A stretch of 64,000 bases of DNA from Candidatus Pacearchaeota archaeon (GTDB lineage Archaea > Nanobdellota > Nanobdellia > Pacearchaeales > GW2011-AR1): positions 3,434-67,433 of the forward strand of contig JBAZJQ010000002.1 in the NCBI GenBank assembly GCA_041651235.1, written 5' to 3'. Shown piece by piece: positions 9,427 through 17,118 of the stretch; positions within the stretch are counted from its first letter, which is position 1; the number at the start of each line of letters is the position of its first letter. The notes under the pieces are model-generated. The model did no database searches. It was given only the letters and a program-made list of their open reading frames with translations, and was not told the DNA's origin. A program made the translations under genes and the position numbers.

Positions 9427-9506
9427 AATCTTTTAAATAAAAAGAAGTATTAATATTTTGTGATTGATACTTTTCTTATTAATATTAAAAATCTAATTTA
9501 TAACTT

Positions 9507-10964
9507 TTATTTTAACCCAAACCATTTTTCAGGGGTTGTTCTTGGGGCTTCTGCTTCTGCTTCTTCTGAATAAGGGAATGAAGCCATTCCATGAGCTTTC
9601 TTATAAATATCAAAAACAGTAAAACAAGAATTTATTGCATTTGCTTCTGCTAAACTTCTGATATATTTTTCTGCATAACTGTCTTTTTTAAGATCTTTAA
9701 CATCTTTTAATTTATCTTCTTCTTTTTTATCTTTCTTTTCTTCTTTTTTAAAGAAATTAAATAATGCAGAAAATGGATTAATGTCCTCTTCTGTTTTTTT
9801 TGCATCTTCTTCTTTTTTCTTTTTTTCAGGTTCTAAAAAACTTTCTATATCTTCATTTAATTTTAATAAAGAATCATCTGTCATTCCCTGAATTAATTTT
9901 AATGCATCATTTAAATCAGAACTGTCTAATTTCTTTTTAAATAATTTTAATTCATCTTCATTTAATGCATAAGCTTTAAATGTAACATCTGCTCTTCCAG
10001 AAAAATAAGCTGGCTGTCCTGGGCTACTAGCACTTGACCTAAAATTAAAATCAATAATAACAATGGAATAATATTTTCTAAATTTTTTATCATTTATAAA
10101 TCCTGGAGGAAGATCTTTTGCAATAACTGCATCTTTTACATCTACAGGAGATTTTCCCATTAAAGTTAGTTCAAATAATAATGTATTAAACAATCCAACC
10201 ATTGCTGGATTTTCTCCTAGTTTCTCATCACCTTCTAATTTTTGAGCTGCTTTAAGATATGGTTTTGCCCATCTTGCATTTAATTTCAATGCATTAACTT
10301 GAGTTCTTAAATAAGTTTTTTCAATTTCAAATTCTCTTCTTAGTTGCTGTTCACTTCTTTTTCTCCATTCTATAAATTCTGAAACTCTTGGTTTTAAAAC
10401 TCTTTTAACTCTTTCATTTAAATCTAATCTATCAACATCTTCTGGTTTTTCACAATACATAAATGAATCTCTTAGTGTTACAAAATTTAATTGGCTTGTT
10501 GTCATAGCATGGATGCTTCCATTTCCTCTTTGAATATCTACCTTGTCTAGCCAGATTTGTTTTAGTGCTAAAATTCCAGATTCTTTTTTTGTTTTATCTT
10601 CTGAATTAGCATCATCATAATGAGACAATCTTATTTGAAATTCTTTTAAGTCATATAATAGCCTCATTACTCCCTGCAAGATTGTGCTTACTGTTCCTAA
10701 AACTCTTGAAGTTTCCTGCTGCATATAAGATTTGCTTCTTGAAATTTCTGCAAATTGTCCTGAACCAGGTGATGAAGAAAAATTATCAATTAACTTTGTT
10801 ACATCTCCTCCAAACATCCCATTCATGAAATCCAAAACCCAGTAATAAACTTGTTCTAATCTCCCCATTTGAAATTCATAAGTAAGTGTTTGCTGGTCTG
10901 AGGGGCCTTTTTTCTTTTGATAATAAGGACTAATTTCAGTTATTATTTTATCTATTTCACCCAT
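9507..10964 (-). CDS. hypothetical 485-aa protein (helical/coiled, K/E-rich insert)
   Basis: Long uninterrupted ORF and first gene of a four-ORF minus-strand unit. It has no P-loop or other motif I recognise. Confidence 0.55.
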   Translation of the reverse strand: MGEIDKIITEISPYYQKKKGPSDQQTLTYEFQMGRLEQVYYWVLDFMNGMFGGDVTKLIDNFSSSPGSGQFAEISRSKSYMQQETSRVLGTVSTILQGVMRLLYDLKEFQIRLSHYDDANSEDKTKKESGILALKQIWLDKVDIQRGNGSIHAMTTSQLNFVTLRDSFMYCEKPEDVDRLDLNERVKRVLKPRVSEFIEWRKRSEQQLRREFEIEKTYLRTQVNALKLNARWAKPYLKAAQKLEGDEKLGENPAMVGLFNTLLFELTLMGKSPVDVKDAVIAKDLPPGFINDKKFRKYYSIVIIDFNFRSSASSPGQPAYFSGRADVTFKAYALNEDELKLFKKKLDSSDLNDALKLIQGMTDDSLLKLNEDIESFLEPEKKKKEEDAKKTEEDINPFSALFNFFKKEEKKDKKEEDKLKDVKDLKKDSYAEKYIRSLAEANAINSCFTVFDIYKKAHGMASFPYSEEAEAEAPRTTPEKWFGLK

Positions 10965-11167
10965 TTTGATTTCCTATACTAAGATGTTTGGCTATATAAA
11001 TATAATAGTAATAAGCTGTTTAAAAAATCTTCTTTTTTGTTATTAATGCTAATAAATTTTTATAATGTGATATCTTTATACCTTTTGCAGAGGATATGAT
11101 TAAAATATTTATGAACAGATGTTTAATTGTTTATTTTTAATATATTATAGAGATATTTTTAATTATT

Positions 11168-11665
11168 TTACACTTTTTTCATAAAATCCATCATTGATTT
11201 TTTTTCAAATTTGATTATTTCTTCTGTATTTGCGTCAATTAAAATATGTAATATTGCTAGACTATCTAGCATGCAGGTTAAATTCCAAGTTTCTTTTCCT
11301 TCATGTTTTTGCAAAACAGCAATTATTTTCTGGAATTTATTTTGAATATTATAATCCAGGGCTGTTGTTTTTGCTAATTCAGGTATTTTATCTAAATCAA
11401 TTTTAATAGTTGTGTTTAGTTTTTGAAGAGGTGGTTGATTTGGAGAATCTATTAGTTTATCTTCTTGAAAAGTAATATCCTCATTTTCCAGAGAAAAAGT
11501 AAAGATCTTATGGTCTGTTTTATAATCTAGTGTTTGTTTTGAATCATTTCCTGTAAAATCCAATATAAAAAATCCTACAACAAGTTCCGCATCTGGATGT
11601 TCTGATTTAAATCTTTCGAATATCTTAGAAGATTCTATCTTTTTTAATAATTGAGTGAAGTTCAT
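11168..11665 (-). CDS. hypothetical protein translationally coupled to thrS
   Basis: 165 aa. Its start overlaps the thrS stop by 4 nt (ATGA). Confidence 0.5.
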   Translation of the reverse strand: MNFTQLLKKIESSKIFERFKSEHPDAELVVGFFILDFTGNDSKQTLDYKTDHKIFTFSLENEDITFQEDKLIDSPNQPPLQKLNTTIKIDLDKIPELAKTTALDYNIQNKFQKIIAVLQKHEGKETWNLTCMLDSLAILHILIDANTEEIIKFEKKSMMDFMKKV

Positions 11666-13350
11666 ATCTTCTCTTCAACTTCTTTTTTGATTTGTTTAAT
11701 AAATTCTTCTCTGTTTATTGTTGTTACTTTTCCTTGTTTTCTGACAGCTAAAGAATTAGATTTTTCTTCTTTATCACCAATAACGATGATGTAAGGAATT
11801 TTTTCCATTTCAGCTTGCTTGATTTTTCCTTGTAAAGGTTCTGAGGTTAAATCAATATCTGTTCTTATGTTTAAAGATTTTAATTCTTCTACTAGTTTCT
11901 CACATGCTTTATTATTTTTATCTGTGAAATTAATTACTCTACACTGTATTGGAGAGATCCATAATGGAAGTTTTCCTTTGTAATGTTCTAATAAAATTCC
12001 CATAAATCTTTCTAAACTTCCATAAATTACTCTGTGTAACATAACAGGTTGCTTCTTTTGATTTTTCTCATCAGTATATTCTAGTTCAAATCTTTCTGGC
12101 ATTGCAAAATCTAGTTGGATAGTTGCACACTGCCAGGTTCTGTTTAAAGAATCTTTAATATGAAAATCTATTTTAGGGCCATAAAAAGCACCATCTCCTT
12201 TATTTATTTTGAATTTCATTTTCTTTTTCTTTAAAACATCTTCTAAAGTTTTTTCTGCTTTGTCCCAAATTTTATCATCTCCAATCCTTTTTTCAGGACG
12301 TGTTGATAATTCTACATGATATTCAAAACCAAATAATTTGTAAAATTTATCTATTAAATCCATTATGTTTATTATTTCTTGCTCTAATTGTTTTTCTGTG
12401 CAGAAGATATGGGCATCATCTTGAGTAAATTGAATTACTCTGAATAATCCTGCTAAAACTCCTGAAAGTTCTTGTCTGTGAACAACTCCTAGTTCTCCAA
12501 CACGAAGAGGTAAGTTTTTGTAAGATTTTGGAGAGTTTTTATAAACCAGCATTCCTCCTGGGCAATTCATTGGTTTTACAATAAATGTTCTTTTTTCATA
12601 ATCTGATATAAAAACATTTTCTTTGTATTTCTCCCAGTGTCCTGAAATTAACCAGAGTTTTTTATCTAAAATTTGAGGGGTAGAAATTTCCTGGTAACCT
12701 GCTTTTTTATGTTCATGTCTCCAATATTCAATTAATTTGTTTCTTATAATTAATCCATTATTATGCCAGAAAACCATTCCAGGAGCAACTTCTGAAAATG
12801 AAAATAAATCCATTTGCTTACCTAAAATTCTATGGTCATTATCTTTTAGCTCTCTTGCATCTAGTTTAGATTTTGAGATTTCTCTAAGTAGTTGTTTAGG
12901 GTTTATATCTTCTTTAACTTCTCCATTATATTTTATTTCTCTTGATAATTCAGATAATGGATGTCCCTTGCATTTTAATTCAAATTCTTTGTAATATCCA
13001 AAAGGTGCTCTGCTTACTTGGAATTTTTGCTTAGTTAATTCTTTTTCAGCTTGCTCTAAAGTGCTTTGTGCAAAACTGGGGTTTGATAAACTGGGAGATA
13101 AATGAGCATAAGGATATAATACTATATTTTTAGAATTAACTTGTTTTGCAATATCTGCAATATTATCTACAAACTGTTTGATTATATTGGGGTTTTGTTC
13201 ATCAGTTTTTTCAACTGCTGTTAAAATTACTAATGGCTCTTTAATTTCTTCGCCTTTTTTTGCTTTTTCAGTTAATTCTTCAATGCTTTTTAGTGCTTTT
13301 TTTAATGGCTTGAATTTTATGAAGTCGCAATGCAATGATAGGAATTTCAT
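11662..13350 (-). CDS. thrS: threonyl-tRNA synthetase with the archaeal-type N-terminal editing domain
   Basis: The class II core is conserved (HRQELSG, FTQDDAH, and the GSLERF-type motif 3 region YGSLERFMGILLEH). The N-terminus MKFLSLHCDFIKFKP... resembles the DTD-like editing domain. I prefer the ATG at 13350 because a TATA-like TTTTATAAAT lies about 25-30 nt upstream. The track's longer start at 13395 adds a hydrophobic junk-like leader. Confidence 0.88.
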   Translation of the reverse strand: MKFLSLHCDFIKFKPLKKALKSIEELTEKAKKGEEIKEPLVILTAVEKTDEQNPNIIKQFVDNIADIAKQVNSKNIVLYPYAHLSPSLSNPSFAQSTLEQAEKELTKQKFQVSRAPFGYYKEFELKCKGHPLSELSREIKYNGEVKEDINPKQLLREISKSKLDARELKDNDHRILGKQMDLFSFSEVAPGMVFWHNNGLIIRNKLIEYWRHEHKKAGYQEISTPQILDKKLWLISGHWEKYKENVFISDYEKRTFIVKPMNCPGGMLVYKNSPKSYKNLPLRVGELGVVHRQELSGVLAGLFRVIQFTQDDAHIFCTEKQLEQEIINIMDLIDKFYKLFGFEYHVELSTRPEKRIGDDKIWDKAEKTLEDVLKKKKMKFKINKGDGAFYGPKIDFHIKDSLNRTWQCATIQLDFAMPERFELEYTDEKNQKKQPVMLHRVIYGSLERFMGILLEHYKGKLPLWISPIQCRVINFTDKNNKACEKLVEELKSLNIRTDIDLTSEPLQGKIKQAEMEKIPYIIVIGDKEEKSNSLAVRKQGKVTTINREEFIKQIKKEVEEKI

Positions 13351-13454
13351 AAAAACAATAAAGAAATGAGATTTATAAAAGTAACTCAAAAACACAATAT
13401 ATTTATAATTTCATTTTACTAATAAATAAAATGATAATCCAAGAAAATAATAAA

Positions 13455-13838
13455 TCACCAAACTTCTATTTTTATTCCTGTATTTTCAAAATGCTTTTTA
13501 TTTCGAGTAACTAAAATTAGATTATTCATTTTTGCAAAACAAGCTATCATCAAGTCTATATTCTCTGTAATTTTTCCAATTTTACTTAATTTTGCATATT
13601 CTTTTCCATATTCTATACAGATATTTTCATTAAATTCCAGCAAAGTAAATGTATCTGTAAATTCTTTTATTAATCTTACTTTGATTTCCGAGTCTGAAGA
13701 AAGATATGCTCCTCGAAATAACTCGCATAAAGTTAAGGGGGTAATGAATACTTCATTTGAGACATTATTAAATTTAGAAATCGTTTCTTTATCTCCTCTT
13801 AAATAGTTTACAATTATATTTGTGTCTAGGCAGTACAT
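13455..13838 (-). CDS. vapC: PIN-domain ribonuclease toxin VapC
   Basis: 127 aa. It has the MYCLDTNIIV N-terminal acidic motif and the distal D/E residues typical of PIN. Its start overlaps the antitoxin stop. Confidence 0.8.
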   Translation of the reverse strand: MYCLDTNIIVNYLRGDKETISKFNNVSNEVFITPLTLCELFRGAYLSSDSEIKVRLIKEFTDTFTLLEFNENICIEYGKEYAKLSKIGKITENIDLMIACFAKMNNLILVTRNKKHFENTGIKIEVW

Positions 13839-14065
13839 TAAAATTTCACCTCTCTCAACTTAAAATTTTTTCTGTCTTTTTCTATATTATCCATTATTTT
13901 TCCCCATTCTTCATCATTCTTAAAAATTCCTGCAAATTTGCTTATATCTCTTTTCTTTTTCTTGCATTCAATTAATTCTACAACTATCTCTGAAAATGAT
14001 TTATTATCTTTTATTGATTTCAATCTATCATAAGCATCATTGGATAATGAGATTACTTTAACCAT
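13838..14065 (-). CDS. vapB: VapB-type antitoxin (DUF217-like)
   Basis: 75 aa. MVKVISLSNDAYDRLKSIKDNKSFSEIVVELIE matches the archaeal ISxSDxxYxxLxxxKxxxSFSExIxxL antitoxin pattern. Confidence 0.7.
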   Translation of the reverse strand: MVKVISLSNDAYDRLKSIKDNKSFSEIVVELIECKKKKRDISKFAGIFKNDEEWGKIMDNIEKDRKNFKLREVKF

Positions 14066-14201
14066 ATAGGTATATGCATATGCACCTATATAAATCTTTT
14101 GTTATATCTCCAAATACTTGTCTTTTAGATATAGTCATCACTTTAAAATGACAATTATAGAAACATTTAAAAAGGGATAAAATATCATAAAATAGGATAA
14201 A

Positions 14202-14345
14202 ATGAAAACACAAATATCAATAACAATTGAAAGAGAAATGCTTGAAAAAGCTCAGGAGAAATTAAAAGAAGGCTTGTTTAGAAACCAGTCTCACTTGTTT
14301 GAATATTCATTAAAAAAGTTCTTGGAAGACGAGGAGGATAAATAA
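14202..14345 (+). CDS. ribbon-helix-helix (CopG-like) protein, below the ORF-track cutoff
   Basis: MKTQISITIEREMLEKAQEKLKEGLFRNQSHLFEYSLKKFLEDEEDK (47 aa). Stop at 14343-14345, and the next ATG is at 14347. It is a paralogue of 4837-4977 (shared ISITI..FRN.SH..EYSL.KFL). Confidence 0.6.
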   Translation: MKTQISITIEREMLEKAQEKLKEGLFRNQSHLFEYSLKKFLEDEEDK

Positions 14346-14346
14346 A

Positions 14347-14685
14347 ATGGAAACATTAGTAGAAACATTAAGAGACGAATTAACAGTAGAACAATGGAGT
14401 GAAGTAAATAGAAGAATGCATACTCCAGAGTATAGAACCCAAGTTAATTTTGTGGATTTAGATAATTATAATTATTCAGAAGTTCTTAATCAATGTATTC
14501 AGGATGTTTTAGCTGAAACAGCTGGAAAATGCAGATGGAGAAATGTAGCAAACAATGATACTGAAAAATGGCTTGATTCACAGCCTAATATTACATTAGC
14601 TCAGAATTCTTATTGCAATATTTGCTCGGGAAGTTATGAAAATGCTAAACAGATAAATTGCAAAAATTATGTGGAGAAAAAATAA
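14347..14685 (+). CDS. hypothetical protein (C-terminal Cys cluster)
   Basis: 112 aa, packed 1 nt after the RHH ORF. It contains ...CNICSGSYENAKQINC... Confidence 0.5.
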   Translation: METLVETLRDELTVEQWSEVNRRMHTPEYRTQVNFVDLDNYNYSEVLNQCIQDVLAETAGKCRWRNVANNDTEKWLDSQPNITLAQNSYCNICSGSYENAKQINCKNYVEKK

Positions 14686-14686
14686 A

Positions 14687-14914
14687 ATGAGAATACAAAC
14701 CCAAATACCTATATGTTACAATAAAGAAATAGCAAATGTAGATTTAATTGCATTGCAAAATGGAAAGTTTCTTTTATGGAATGATTCTCAAGAAAAGAAA
14801 GATGCGCATCCTAATTGGAGATATGTTATGTATAAATTAAATTCTGTTTGCCAGAAATGCCCCGGATATGATAATAAGTGTCCTTCATATATTACAAATG
14901 GAGAGTTAAAATGA
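14687..14914 (+). CDS. hypothetical small Cys-containing protein
   Basis: The ATG at 14687 lies 1 nt after the previous stop. MRIQTQIPICYNK...CQKCPGYDNKCPSY. Its stop overlaps the SLT ATG (ATGA). Confidence 0.5.
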   Translation: MRIQTQIPICYNKEIANVDLIALQNGKFLLWNDSQEKKDAHPNWRYVMYKLNSVCQKCPGYDNKCPSYITNGELK

Positions 14915-15630
14915 AATTTACTAATTATTTAACAAGAATTGGATTAGGAGTTGGATTGATTTTAGGTGGGGTTGGATTATTTAATGGAAATAGTTTAGAA
15001 GCTAAAGTTAATAAAACTGATAAAAAGGTTGTGAAATATGATGAATACAAATATGATTCATTAATTTTAAAAGAATCTCAAGAAACCTCACTAGATAAAT
15101 ATCTGATAAAGGGGCAAATAAAACAAGAATCTCGATTTAATCCTAATGCAAAATCTCCTGTTGGTGCAGTGGGATTATCTCAAATAATGCCAGATACAGC
15201 AAAAGAATTAGGATACAAACCAAATGAAATGTATGAACCTGGAAAAGCAATTGATGCTCAGACAAGATATATGAGGCAAATGTATGATTATAAAGAATTT
15301 GAAAAATATATTGGAGATGAAAAAACTAAACTTGCTTTAGCTTCTTATAATGCAGGTTATGGAAACATAAGACATGCAGTAAGAATAATTCAAAATGCAA
15401 GAAATGGAGAAAAGGAATATAAAATTACTAAAGGTTCTGGAAAAAAGAAAAAAGTAATCAGAGTTTTAAAAATAGAAAACTTAAAAGAATGTCCTGAAAA
15501 TTGGGATAATGGATTTTCAAAAGCATTAGAATTAGTTGCAGGAAAAAGAGCAGCTGAAACTCAAGATTATGTCAGCAAGGTAATAAGATACAGAGAAGAA
15601 TATTTGCTTGATGGCAAATCATTTAGATAA
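14911..15630 (+). CDS. secreted/membrane-anchored lytic transglycosylase (SLT domain, goose-lysozyme-like fold)
   Basis: N-terminal hydrophobic signal/anchor LTRIGLGVGLILGGVGLF. The catalytic-Glu motif IKQESRFNPNAKSPVGAVGLSQIMPDTA and a downstream ALASYNAGYGN are the classic family-1 SLT signatures. Confidence 0.8.
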   Translation: MKFTNYLTRIGLGVGLILGGVGLFNGNSLEAKVNKTDKKVVKYDEYKYDSLILKESQETSLDKYLIKGQIKQESRFNPNAKSPVGAVGLSQIMPDTAKELGYKPNEMYEPGKAIDAQTRYMRQMYDYKEFEKYIGDEKTKLALASYNAGYGNIRHAVRIIQNARNGEKEYKITKGSGKKKKVIRVLKIENLKECPENWDNGFSKALELVAGKRAAETQDYVSKVIRYREEYLLDGKSFR

Positions 15631-15648
15631 TTATTCTTATCTAAATAA

Positions 15649-16758
15649 TCACTTTAAATATTTATCAATATCTTTTTGAGATATTGATTTAAGTCTTTTT
15701 TGGTGTTCTATTAAAAATTTAGATATTTTATCAATAGCTATTTTTTTTAGTTCGCCTGTAAGCAATTCTCCTGATTTGTATCTGTTGTATATATTTTCTA
15801 ATTCTTTATCATCTTCTTCAAATAATCTTAAATATTGGAATGAAACATCCACATCTGGATTCCCGCCTTTTTTTCTGTGCTCTTCTAGTGTAGGCTGTCC
15901 ACCTGAAAATGCATATTTATTTATTTTATTTTGAATTTCTTTTGGAGAATCTGTCGGAGATATATAAGAAGTAGGATCAGATGCAGACATCTTTCCTCCT
16001 TTTAATCCTGGCAAAAAGATATTATATGTTGAAACTAGCTGTATAAAAGGAGGTTTTATTCTCTGAGAAATATCTCTTGCTAATCTTAAATGAGGGTCCT
16101 GATCAATTCCAACAGGAACAATAACAGGACAAGGCCCTTCAAATTCTTTTAATTGAGGATGAAGCATATCTGCTGTCTGTAATAAACCAGAAAGCATTTT
16201 TCCAGGACTTATTTCTCCATAAACTGCTTTGAATTCATTAAATGTAACATGTCTTGCTAATAAATTCTGCAATCGGTAATATGCATTTGATTTTTTTGAA
16301 TCTTTGCTTCTTTCTGACTGAAAATAAATTTCACAATTTTCTGGTTTTAATCCCAGAGCAATATAATTGGGAATATAATATTCTAATGCTATTTTTCTTG
16401 ATTCTTCTAAAGATTGTCCTCTTGCATTATATGCTTCTATATCTGCGACAGCAATATAAATTTTAGCTCCTAATTTTTGATAAAACACCATCTGCATAGC
16501 TACTAGCATATGCCCTAAATGAAATTTGCCTGTCGGCATTAAGCCAGTCATCATAACAAATTTCTTTTTGTTTTTAACAGCATCTAAAACTCTTTGGATA
16601 TCTCTGTGAGCAAAAATAAATCTTCTTCTAAATAAAATTTCTTTTTCAAATTCAGGAATATTTTTTAAAGGGGTTACTCCAAACTCCCTTATTAGTTTAT
16701 TATAATCTATTTTTCCAGATACTTCCCAGGGATTAATAACCTGTTTTTCTTTTGTCAT
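15649..16758 (-). CDS. trpS: tryptophanyl-tRNA synthetase (archaeal/eukaryotic type)
   Basis: Class I HIGH variant TGKFHLGH and KMSAS instead of KMSKS, as in eukaryote/archaeal TrpRS. The N-terminal INPWEV...IDYNKLIREFG pattern is also present. Confidence 0.85.
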   Translation of the reverse strand: MTKEKQVINPWEVSGKIDYNKLIREFGVTPLKNIPEFEKEILFRRRFIFAHRDIQRVLDAVKNKKKFVMMTGLMPTGKFHLGHMLVAMQMVFYQKLGAKIYIAVADIEAYNARGQSLEESRKIALEYYIPNYIALGLKPENCEIYFQSERSKDSKKSNAYYRLQNLLARHVTFNEFKAVYGEISPGKMLSGLLQTADMLHPQLKEFEGPCPVIVPVGIDQDPHLRLARDISQRIKPPFIQLVSTYNIFLPGLKGGKMSASDPTSYISPTDSPKEIQNKINKYAFSGGQPTLEEHRKKGGNPDVDVSFQYLRLFEEDDKELENIYNRYKSGELLTGELKKIAIDKISKFLIEHQKRLKSISQKDIDKYLK

Positions 16759-16873
16759 ATCTTAATTTATATATCAGAATATATAAAACTTGCTTATTTT
16801 GCTGAAGTTATCTATTCTGCAGGAGATATTTATAATCCATAAATTTTAAAAATAAAGTTAATTAACTGGGATT

Positions 16874-17053
16874 ATGAATAAAAAATTAAAAAAGGCAATG
16901 AAGATCATTTTAGTTATAGTTATTCTTGTCAGTTTACTTTTTTTTATAAGGTTTGTATTTGGAGGACCAGAAGATACTTGGATATGTTCTGCTGGAGAGT
17001 GGATTAAACATGGTAATCCTACAATGCCGATACCTAATGGCCCCTGTAATTAA
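16874..17053 (+). CDS. 59-aa signal/TM-anchored micro-protein, below the ORF-track cutoff
   Basis: MNKKLKKAMKIILVIVILVSLLFFIRFVFGGPEDTWICSAGEWIKHGNPTMPIPNGPCN, with two Cys. Confidence 0.4.
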   Translation: MNKKLKKAMKIILVIVILVSLLFFIRFVFGGPEDTWICSAGEWIKHGNPTMPIPNGPCN

Positions 17054-17087
17054 CTGATAAATCTTATTTATATTGTACACTAATAAG

Positions 17088-17099
17088 ATTTAAATATAC
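17088..17099 (+). promoter_or_regulatory. TATA-like box (GATTTAAATATA) about 30 nt upstream of the 17119 ATG
   Basis: Motif and spacing match the other putative promoters in the window. Confidence 0.4.
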
Positions 17100-17118
17100 A
17101 ATTTTGTTTAATTAGCTT

